Shown one piece after another: positions 53,901 through 64,000 of a DNA stretch of 64,000 nucleotides (the first letter of the stretch is position 1; each line of letters opens with the position of its first letter). The notes under the pieces are model-generated. The model ran no database searches. It worked only from the letters and a program-made list of their open reading frames with translations, and had not been told where the DNA came from. Origin of the DNA: Ophelia neglecta (Eukaryota); the NCBI GenBank assembly GCA_965285935.1, contig OZ260661.1:35340001-35404000 (forward strand), in the 5' to 3' direction. A program made the translations under genes and the position numbers.

Positions 53901-56900
53901 GACTTTTCTGGGACTGAAGTTCGCGCCACTCGGCGTTCCCATGGAGCGGAGGCTGCAGACGGCAAGTGTCGCAGTGTACACGTTGACCCCTACGTTATTT
54001 CTTCCGCTCTTTCTTTTCCTCCTGTTTATTTTGTTCTTCACGCGTCTATTCTGGCTTCCTCTCGCCTACGTAGCTTGGATAGCTTATGATGTCATCGTGG
54101 AGGATACTTCGAGTCGCGGAGGCCGACGCATGGAATGGTTACGTCACCATACGATTTGGAAATACTTTCGGGACTACTTTCCTTTGCATCTGGTTAAAAC
54201 TGCGGAATTACCTCCTAGAAATAACTATATTTTGGGCTACCATCCCCATGGTATAATGGGATGTGGTGCCTTTGGCAACCTTGCAACCGAGGCTTCCGGA
54301 TTCAGTCAGAAATTTCCCGTCATTCGTCCTCATCTTTTGACATTGAAACCGAACTTCCGGTTGCCAGTGATTCGAGGCTTTTTACTGTGGAATGGTAAGC
54401 TAGTTATCCTTACAGGGAAATGTGTGTCTTATCTTAATAGCTACTTATCCCAATAGATTGTGTCAGCACTAGCTCGGCCTACTTTGTATTCAACAAATTG
54501 AGGCCAATTGTGCCCAATGATAATCAAATTATCATATTTCTCGACCACTATAAAAAGGTATGCAATATATGGCCAATAATAAGTCAATAATGTTTGATTT
54601 ATATTTGTATTTGTTCATGATATAGTATCAGGTGTCTCACATATGAAGCTAATATTTTTAACAATTTAATAAGCATTGATTTAATGGGAAACTGATTATC
54701 TAAAACACAGATGTTAACAAAATAAGGTTCTTGTGAGTCAAATGATCATTAGTCGAGTATAGTCAAGTAAATCTATCCGAAATAATCAGGAACCAGCGGT
54801 CACAGCCCTACACGCATCAATATTTTAATCTCCAGCTCCTAATAAGTAAATAAAACATGTAATGAATTGCGTAACTTGCATCGAGAAGTAGTGAAGGTGG
54901 GTTTTACTTATAATTGAGATGTTCTGAAAACATGCATTATAACAGGGGTGGATCCAGGAATTTCCAGGGGGGGGGGCACTCCATGTGTAGGAATTGAAAA
55001 CCAGGAATTTCCAGGGGGGGGGGGGCACTCCATGTGGATGAATGGAAAAGCGGCCGGGGGGGGGGGGGGGTGGCAGCAGAAGTTACATACATAGGTGGGC
55101 TTGTTCAGAGTTTTAAAAAAATAATTGTTAGGGGGGGGGGGCAGGCCTATAAGCACCCTCCCCCACCCCATCCCCTTTCCCCCAGGGCGCCAGAAAGGTC
55201 TTATACAATAGTCAGTTTGAGACAAGGCTGTTCATTCTTTTCATCGACCCCTTAACAGCCATTGAACAATTCCGTCAACCAGATACACGTTTAAAGGTTT
55301 ATAATCAAAATGGTCGAGTTTGCGTCTTTCAATATAACCATGCGGAGGAGGCTCCAGACGTTAGCCGTGTTGTTTTTCAACACTTGAACGCCCCCTTTGC
55401 TCTTGTTTTTAACGATATTTTGCATAATCTTGCCATTTTCGGAGTTCTTTTGATGTCTTTGGTTTGTATCATGTGGGTTGTGTACAACGTACATATTCAA
55501 CAGACTTCTCTATAGTCGGGGGGTTAGAAGATGGGAATGGTTCCGACATTCCGACTTGTGGCGTCACTTCCGGGACTACTTTTCTGACTCGTTGGGGAAA
55601 ACTATTGAACTTGATAGCACCAAAAACTACATTTTTGGTAACCATCCGTATGGAATTATAGGGTGCGGTTCTTAAGCTAATTTTGCGTCATAATTATGAG
55701 ACTTTACAGAAAAGTGTGGAATAGAATCTAATTAAAAGCTATCTTTCAAGTGCCTGTTGCAAGAGCGTTTCTGCTGTGGTTAGGTGAGCTATTGGAAGAC
55801 AACAGGGATCTGGATCGGAGAAAACGGATTAAAACATATTTAGCACAGGTACGCGAGGCGTCTATCCGCTTCTACTTAAAATAACTAAAGGTTTGAAACT
55901 CCGCGGCTGCTGCTCTGTAAACTTGTCGGTCCTTGCCTTAGTTCGCGATATATTCACTCCAGCAGTAATTTTCGGCAGACAACGCTACTTCCCGGAGTAA
56001 AAGTATCACAAAAGCTACTAACTCAAACGTGTGTTATTTTTTATTCACAATAAAGTTGTATCGATGAAAATTAATGAAATCGGAGCTACCTATTCATATT
56101 TTACCGTGGCTATGCACGGTTCAAGCCATGGGAGACCGTCCATCATTGTCAACCAGTAGGTGACTAAATATATATAAGGGCTAGTAGCAGATAGCCGCCT
56201 CGCGTACCTGTGATATTAAGGAAGACATATTTTGATACCTGAAGTAATGGATGTTTTATGTAAATAGAACTCTTACATCCTATGTTTATCCTTGGTCACG
56301 TATTATAATGTGATCTTACATATATTACAGGAGTCTGTGACGTCAGTAAGGCGAGTCTCCGATGGATCCTCACAAAACAAGGCCCTGGGAATGCCGCCAT
56401 TATTGTAGTGGGAGGAGCCGAGGAGGCACTGAACGCTCATCCCGGGAAGTATGACCTGACCCTGAAAAACCGTAAGGGCTTTGTCAAGATGGCCATCGAA
56501 ACAGGGTAGGTGGCGAGGAAATCGGCCCACGTGTACGCCGGTATCCTCAGACCCAATGAACGTCTGATTTATCAAATATTGTTTTCAACTTTTAAGTTCT
56601 TCCTAGCACAATAGCTACACTAAGTGGTTTGCGGAAAATTATGTGCAATATGATATGCCACATATATATATGTAAGTAGTAATGCAACTGTATATAAGGA
56701 CTGTGAAGTTTAACACAATATATGAATGTACGCTAACTGTTTGACTGGACTGTTATAGGAAAGGTTTTCACTTTATTTTGTTGGTCGAAAAAACAAAAGC
56801 CCTAATGCAGCTCAGAGTTATATCAAAAATATTACACAAGATTGATCATAATCCACCACAACTATATATTTCGCCATTCGTGCCAAGTTTAAATCCAATC

Positions 56901-58545
56901 ATACCATTATTGTTACCTCTCACACTTTACAGGCACTATATTATATATGACACTTTATACCTATATAGCATTTTTAATTGTCAAACACGGATTTATGCTT
57001 TGTTTTAAAGCGTGGATTTCAAAACATAACTAATTTGGAAGCCGTGGGATTCGCCTATGTAGGTTATAATAATGCTGTTTTTAATGAAAAATGCCGATAC
57101 CAAAGGTCGGAATTGAACCTAACCGCTCTGTATAAAGTATTCGGCGGGTCTTTTTCATTTGAAATTGGTTGTTAAACATGTCAGTTTGAATGCTTTTGGC
57201 CAACGTTGGACCAACTTTAGGGCAATGCATATATATGTATACATTGGCCCAAACTTGTATGTAATGCATCATGCCGATTAAATACCCATGCATTTACATG
57301 ATTACATGCATTTAGCCAAAAATTGGCTCAATATAGGTTCATATCATATCCATATGTGTCGTCCCGATATTAAACATAACTTATCGGCCCAATATATTAT
57401 GCGTGGGTCAAACATTGTATTCAATGCAAAGAGCTGACTAATGTCTGCTAGAATTCTAGAATTGCCTTGATATATATTTGTATTCATCGGTCCAATGGTG
57501 GGATTACATTAGCTTGATGATTATCTATATGCATCGGCCCCACCTTTATCTAATGCTTCAGCCCAATGTTCGTAAACAATATGTTACATGCATCGGCCAA
57601 TACTTTATGTACAACATTTTGTACAGCCATATAACAATGTAATTTTTGTGTACATCGACCCGATATTACTTTTTTTTGCATTGGGCCGATGTTGGCAGTT
57701 TTTTGCCCACGGGTTGTGCATCGGTTTGACACGTGCTTGCTATGTGGGCAGTATTACGTCTCTCAAGTGTGTGGATTATCCTTAGACTTAAAATCAGCTA
57801 TATAACACACTGTCATTACCCTTGCAGGGCCTCCCTAGTGCCGGTGTTTTCCTTCGGAGAGAATGACTTATTCTACCAGGCAAAGAACCCTGAAGGCTCC
57901 TATCTTAGGGCGTTCCAGGAGCGATTCAAGAAGGTCATGGGGTTCTCGCCCCCTGTGTTCTACGGCAGAGGAGTCTTCAATTATACTTTTGGTATGATAC
58001 CCTTCAGAAAACCCATTCACACAGTCGGTAAGTTAACTTCCATGCTGTTTGCTGCAATAAGTAGCAGCCTGATATGTCTGTCAAAATTATTGAAACCTAG
58101 TAAGGGATAACCAGGATATATAATAAGGATCCATCACAAAAAGAATTAGACACAATCAGAATTAATTCTACAATTAAAATATTTTTCATAATACACTCCT
58201 TTATATCACTCTTATTTAAATAGATAGTAATTGGAAAGAATTACAGGATTCCAAGACGATGCGAAATGTTGATATAAAATGAATACTCGTCATATAATTT
58301 GATACTGACTGGTCGCCGAACATTTTAACAAGTACTCGACGGTATTTCTAAGCGATTGATTTAACTCTTACTTTTTTCTTTGATGACAAGTTGGAAAACC
58401 CATAGATGTAGAGCAGTCTGACAATCCCACCATAGAGGACATAGACACCATCCATCAGCGTTACATGGAAGAACTCAGCCAATTATTTGACGAACATAAA
58501 ACCAAATATGGCATTGACGAGAATAAGAAGCTTAATTTCATCTAG
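47993..58545 (+). CDS. DGAT2/MOGAT-family acyltransferase (2-acylglycerol O-acyltransferase-like), isoform A: variable exon A + constant exons, 343 aa
   Basis: Exons 47993-48494, 56331-56505, 57828-58027, 58391-58545 splice in frame (phases 1, 2, 1). Motifs [49 protein letters not shown]. Confidence 0.82.
49393..58545 (+). CDS. DGAT2/MOGAT-family acyltransferase, isoform B: variable exon B + constant exons, 342 aa
   Basis: Variable exon 49393-49891 (MKNLPG...FLLWN G|gtaagt, phase 1) joins 56331 in frame; no constant-exon homologues were seen between it and exon C. Confidence 0.82.
53896..58545 (+). CDS. DGAT2/MOGAT-family acyltransferase, isoform C: variable exon C + constant exons, 342 aa
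   Basis: Variable exon 53896-54394 (MKTFLG...FLLWN G|gtaagc, phase 1) joins 56331 in frame. Confidence 0.88.
55310..55783 (+). pseudogene. Decayed fourth variable first exon (pseudo-exon D) of the MOGAT-like locus
   Basis: [25 protein letters not shown] ... [58 protein letters not shown] ... [14 protein letters not shown]|gtgag: at least four in-frame stops, HPHG changed to HPYG, YFP to YFS, an internal deletion near the 3' end, donor retained. Confidence 0.88.
55844..56212. mobile_element. MITE with ~30-bp TIRs and near-perfect 8-bp TSD (hAT/P-like)
   Basis: CACAGGTACGCGAGGCG(T/G)CTATC at both ends in inverted orientation; flanks atatttag / atattaag (7/8). Confidence 0.82.
56331..58545 (+). 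CDS. Shared constant exons (175, 200, 155 nt) of the MOGAT-like locus
   Basis: 56331-56505 [59 protein letters not shown]; 57828-58027 [15 protein letters not shown]...PFRKPIHTV; 58391-58545 [51 protein letters not shown] (AAG acceptor). Confidence 0.93.
57190..57750. repeat. Degenerate element with many short (A/T)TCGGCCCAA / TTGGCCCAA subrepeats, probably CACTA/EnSpm-like non-autonomous
   Basis: About a dozen imperfect motif copies in both orientations, ending in TGCTATGTGGG; left end not resolved. Confidence 0.45.
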
Positions 58546-58948
58546 CATTATTAAAATTCAAATTATGCAGAATATCTTATACACTCGTTTTTAACTTTAC
58601 GTGTACAGGTATACATTTTAAAACTGGGTATACCTAGAACTGTGCATATCTTAATTTTTTTTAAACATTTTTTACCAACGTTAATTTTATAATCTTTATT
58701 TAACGTTATAATACGAGGCGGTACAAAGATGATTGTCATGCATCTATCGTTTAAGCATCAATTTATTTCATGACAGGTGAACAGTGGGATTTTTTTTCCC
58801 GATGTAAATCAGAAATATATTTAAAAATCAAATCAACCATGTATCTTATGATTTATTTCACACAATAGGATAATCCTGGTTCACAAATCAATGATTGACT
58901 CTTCGCAAATAATATTCGTATGTGTGTTAAGCGTGTAATATGAAATTA

Positions 58949-58954
58949 AATAAA
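58949..58954 (+). terminator. Candidate polyadenylation signal of the MOGAT-like gene
   Basis: AATAAA about 400 nt after the stop at 58545. Confidence 0.3.
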
Positions 58955-60733
58955 TGAAATGAATTAAAATTGGCGTTAAAAATCAACCCTTGTACAATGT
59001 ATATCAACACAATTTAAGTTAAAGGCACTCAATCTTTAGTTGGCTAAAACTTTTGAGTTAACGTATAATCATTATCTGTGGCATCATATAGTAGTATTCT
59101 CGGAGTAACCAGTGAGTGTCATGCCCGGAGTTCATTATAAGATAACCATATGTTGTATTTCGCACGCCGTCATTTATTAATGCCGTCAAACTGCAACACC
59201 TCCCGTATCTTGGAACGAGCAAAATACGAAATTCTGTTATATAGACCAAATTATGCGAAAAGCTGGTCACAACAGTGCATACTATTTGAAATTAGCAAAT
59301 CTTGATTGTCCTTGTGAAATTCGGACATGCATTTCCGGTTTCACCTGCTACAAACGACGTATTGTACAATCCTGCCAACGGCCGTAAGGTGTCGTATGCT
59401 GGGAGTATGCATTTTTGGCAGTCCTTTATAAAGGAATTACGTTGAAGAAACCCTAAAAACATGGTAAATAAATAACAGGTAAGCTAAACATAGAACTGCA
59501 AAAAAAAGTAAGTAAAAAAATACTATATTGCAGAAAAACTATAAGATTGTATGCCTTAAAATCAATTATAAAACGACACGACTCTAGGAGCGATAAGGTA
59601 GTGTATCTACATATACTGTTCTCTACTGTCTACCTGCAGGCACTCTATTAAATACTCATAGATGTACAATGAAATATATAATAGACAGCATGTACAATAA
59701 ACACAAGCACAAAGTAACTGGAAACAGTAAAATGAAACACTAAATGTATCTCACGCGAACAGTGTTTCAAACACAGACATGCCTCTCTTCGTTTATTATA
59801 GGCTTTACCACTCTTTATACCATACAAGTAATATCACAATCCCTGCGATATAGCTCTTTATCAGAAGAATCAAACTACGGGCTAAAAGGGGTCATGAAGG
59901 TTGGCGGGAACGCCGGGAAGACTTCGAGAAGACGTCCTCTACACGGGTTGAGGTCAATGTCAGTCATCCATGGAAATTTGAACACTCTTTCATGCTCACT
60001 CCTCTCTCTCCCCCTGTTCTTCGGCTGCGCTGCTCAAGCACGTTTTTTTGTAAATTTAAGAGCCGGCTACTACAGCGTTTCAAAAATGTTTGCATGTTGG
60101 CTGAGATATTGACGCCAATTTCTCAGATATCCCGCGTTGCATAATGTGCTTAAAAAAATGAGAGGCCAACATTTTAGGATGTTGTCATTTCCCACTATGA
60201 TTCCTCGCTCAAGTTTTTGGCCGAGATTTCATACTAGCAGGTAGTAGTATAAACGCTGGCCCTAACACTGGTAATGAATACACTATTTTGAAGCAGTATT
60301 GACAGGGAGGCTTTTGTTTAATTTGCCGAGGTATGGGCGCAGCACTGTCGACGAAAGTCCCGATGTTGCATATATGTCCACTCGAGAGTTATCATGTGAA
60401 CTAAAATTGTACAAGACTTATGTGTCTTTATTCGAAGTGGGGCCTAGCTGTAATGACTTAACTGTGGGCATGGCAAGTTATCGCAAAAAACTTGGACAAG
60501 AAGTTTTTTATGACAAAGAGCTTGTGTCTAGTTTGTGGGATGGGGTAGGGAATAGGGAGAAGTGCGTTATGTATATTCTGGTTTGCTGCATAAGTTACTT
60601 TGATTTATCGTGAGGCATTGCAACCGAATACAAAGGTATAAGCATGCTTAAAAGATAGGATGTTCTGGCATACTCACCATTAAACCAATTAGCGTTGATA
60701 ACTTTTCTAATAATTCCGATACCGGTACATTCT

Positions 60734-60932
60734 CAGTGGCGGATCCAGGATTGCAGGAAGGGGGGGGGGGGGGGCAATTTTTCCAAATTTGACAAGGCCA
60801 ATGTCTGGATTGTCCCCAGTACCAACCCTCCGAAACCACCTTGCGTAGGTCCGGAAAAAGGGCCTGGGCCCACTTTTTAGCAAGAGGTGGGAGGCGGGCC
60901 CCCTGCCCCCCCCCCCCCCTAATCCGCCACTG
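60734..60932. mobile_element. CAGTGGCG-type MITE, copy 3
   Basis: Same TIRs and core; flanks attct/attcc (4/5 match). Confidence 0.85.
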
Positions 60933-63451
60933 ATTCCAATATTTTTTTTTCTGAAATCTGTACTCTCCAAGTGTGCATTATGACTAAATGTCTACTAGTT
61001 CTTGCTAGACGCCTCTACTTGAATAACAGCATTAGAATAAATATAAAATCCGCCCGTATCACTGGAAGAGGACAGGACAAGTAATTGAATGATTTTTTGA
61101 CCTTTAGGTCATGATAAGCCTAAACCAGGGAACGATATTCAGTCCTACCAATATGATCTCCGCTGGTCGACCTGGAATATGAAAATCCTGTCCAAAAACA
61201 CTGCAAAGCATCATTGTAAAATCAAAGCTAGCCCTTCAAAGTTACGTGGTATTTGCCGGTATATTGCATATAAAAGTTGAAAGTTACCTATTCGCGTACA
61301 TAATTGGGAAATGGCCTTTTAATTGAACGATCAAACGGGGCTGCGGAAAAGGTAAAACTCTTCTTTGTATATTTTTTATCTCGTTTGGCAATTGTATTAT
61401 AGTGTTGTTTACCAGTACGGTGCCGATGAAGAAAGTAACATGATATATTGCCATGGCATTTATCAGTCACCTAACATGACTGTCATGCCGCTGATTTGTC
61501 TTTCTATATGTTTCTATACATAAGTGAACGAAAGCGAACTAGGTAAGCCAGGTGTTTGAAATATGATGTCTGATCACAACACTGCGACCAGACCGCAAAT
61601 GACCTTACGATCTTCTACGGCCTATTTCTTTTCCAATTGAAAGTGCCTCGCCCATCTTTTCAAAATTCTATAGGTCCACTAGATTCTTTTCAAATTGAAC
61701 ATTTGATTGTGGTCTGCGCATAACATAAACCCACGAAGGGAGGTGGCGCCGTCTGAATTTGTTTGGGACTGATTTTCATGAAAGTTTCAACCGGGTAATT
61801 TTGCACAGCGTTTAATTTCGCGCGATAAGGGGGCATTATTTCCAGCTTTGTTCGCAAAATCGTATTTGGATCAGTTAACTGAACTTGAAGGCTGTTTAAG
61901 TTCATATAAGATGAGGAATAGTCGAATTTTATATCTATACGAGTACCAGCCAAAACCACGTTCTAACTGCTTCATTTTTGACTATTGACTCAGCGTTGGC
62001 AATGTGCTCACGGGTGAGGGCACCCAGCGAAGGGTGGCATAGCTAGGGCGACATTCAGCGGCCTGACGATACTTAGCGTGACGTGGCAGCAGGCTGATAC
62101 CAGATTCATCCTGGGTTACTATCTTTGTACAATTCAGGTTTTAGCACCTCGAACCAACCGGGCCACGGTGGTTTTTACATATGATGAATGCAGGATATTC
62201 TCCTTCCTCCGAAGGACATTGGCAAACAGAAAGAAAAACAAGATGTTTATTGTTCAGTCTTCTTTGTAACTGATCACATTACCTGCATTTCTCAAGTCGT
62301 TACTTTAATATTCAATTTTCAAATTTATTTAATATAAATCACAAGCAATAACTGTACGATGTTAAAAATCCCTCCATACTGTAAACTAGCATCATTTTCC
62401 GGAGAAGGAAAATTTGGTGTATCACTTTTTCTTCTATATTTTCGACATGAAAGTCGTTCCTGAGAAATACTAGAGTGATTCCCTGTGGAATGAAGGCAAA
62501 TATAGGAAAATCGCGCGAAATGAAGACACACATACACACCACATGTGCACTCGTGCATGCAAATGTACTTATATACATTAAAATACGATACGTTACAACA
62601 GGCCCAAGTAGACCATGTAAAACATAACTGTAAATAAAATAAAATAGAATAAGATATTGGTTGATATGTCAAATGACTGTAAGGTGCTAGCAAGAAAGTT
62701 AAGACAAAAACGCCAGTTTAAGAGCTTTAAAGATTGTTAGGGTTATAGATTGTTCAGATTATTGGAGCAGGACTACCCAGCTGAGCATATCACTATGAAA
62801 CACCGAATGAAAGGTTAAGACTTTTTGGTGGTATAAGGTTTATTTACCAAATGTTGAGCAGATTTTCGATGTATGCTTTTAACATGAAGATCAATGCAAA
62901 AATACACTATGGGTCTAGTCAGGAAGGAAAACACAATTGTAGTGTGTATAATAAAATACGGTCTTACTATTTAATTTGAAATTTTTTGGTAACTAACAAA
63001 CTATGTAAATTTCACTGAAACTACAATATAATGTACAATTCTAAGTGCGAAGAATGCAAAAGGTGTACACATAAACACCACACTCTAGATACATTTTGTC
63101 ACAACAAAATCTATGGCCGGGTGTGTTCTACGCAACAGAACACATTGGCATGAATGCTAGGCATTCCATTTTTGTACACAGATAATACTCAGCCAGATTT
63201 ATTGTACAATATTTGGAACAGAGAGGGGCAAGAATAAAGATATACATAGACTTCTTCTCTTTAAATTAACCTCGTTAGTTTGTTTATTTTTCAAATCGTC
63301 ATACTCCTTTTCAGGTATGGTGTTTCTCAAATCAAATAGTAATTGTCTCAAAACAAACTGGTCCTGTACACACCAGTGTTCACATGTAAGAACTCTATCC
63401 GAGAAACTCAAATTTGCTTATGTGGTCAAGTGATAGGTGGTAAGTGTCATT

Positions 63452-63780
63452 TAATTATTATATCCGCGGAATGTGGATATTATGGTGTCGGTAGCACCGC
63501 CGCCGCCGCATATTTTAGTCGTTAACGCGATAACTCAAAAAACATTTCGTACATCTTTTACAAACTTGACACAGCCATAGAGAGGAGGAACTGATTAGAT
63601 TCTGGTGAAATTCCAATAATTATTAATAAGTTTAAACAATCATTTTATTATGTCAGAAACGCATTTTCTGCAATTACACACAAAAAATTTGATACATCTC
63701 TTTCAAATTTGACATAGCCATAGCTAGACCTTATTAAGAGGAAAAACTGGATTTATTCTGGTGAATTTCGAATTATTATT
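63452..63780 (+). mobile_element. Helentron/HINE (DINE-like) non-autonomous element fragment
   Basis: atatccgc...gtggatat short inverted repeat, (CCG)n microsatellite, then two diverged core repeats about 145-155 bp apart (tacatct..aaa(c/t)ttgaca.agccatag...ttctggtgaa). Confidence 0.55.
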
Positions 63781-64000
63781 CGCCGAAGCTTTCGCTTTCG
63801 CCGTTAACACAGAGCCGTTGTATACAGTGTGTTAAGCTTGTGAACTGTCTACAGATGTTCAACACGTGTGCTGTCTGTGTCCTTCCAGCTCTTTCCAGAA
63901 CTCCATCCCTGGCGTATTTCAAACTGTACGACATGATACCATTGGTATGGGGGGGGGGGGATCTGAAGAGTACTGTATTTAAGCGAGAAAGCACGAGTAG

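Noticed and set aside
47858-54456. Reading the three MOGAT ORFs as three separate truncated genes, using the ORF-track starts and ends
   Set aside because: Each ORF runs into an intron at the same G|GT position and lacks the C-terminal motifs; the upstream extensions of A and C begin at non-ATG codons. Splicing to the shared exons explains all three.
55310-55690. In-frame TGA codons in cassette D as selenocysteine or readthrough
   Set aside because: TAA stops, a deletion and a mutated HPHG motif accompany them, which indicates ordinary decay.
61690-62290. Possible minus-strand coding exon
   Set aside because: No recognisable motif, stops in the frames read upstream of the short ORF, and no coherent splice chain.

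Overview
Eukaryotic, AT-rich, intron-containing DNA, probably from a marine invertebrate (inference; the species cannot be determined). Two divergently oriented genes were reconstructed by hand from splice sites and reading-frame phase. (1) Minus strand 26463-2784: a 38-coding-exon, ~2,810-aa MUC4-like membrane mucin (signal peptide, SEA, ~960-aa PTS, PAN/apple, NIDO, AMOP, vWD with GDPH, Ig-like, ~10 EGF-type modules, SEA-like, TM, long cytoplasmic tail). (2) Plus strand 47993-58545: a DGAT2/MOGAT-family acyltransferase locus with a variable-constant layout. Three intact ~500-nt first coding exons (47993-48494, 49393-49891, 53896-54394) and one decayed copy (55310-55783) each carry their own ATG, TM hairpin, RDYF(P) and HPHG-type motifs and end in a phase-1 donor. 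All lie upstream of one set of three constant exons (56331-56505, 57828-58027, 58391-58545). This UGT1A/protocadherin-like arrangement in a lipid acyltransferase is the most notable feature. The remainder is intergenic or intronic DNA with several MITE-type elements, a Helentron-like element and a strongly over-represented TAGGCCTA palindrome.
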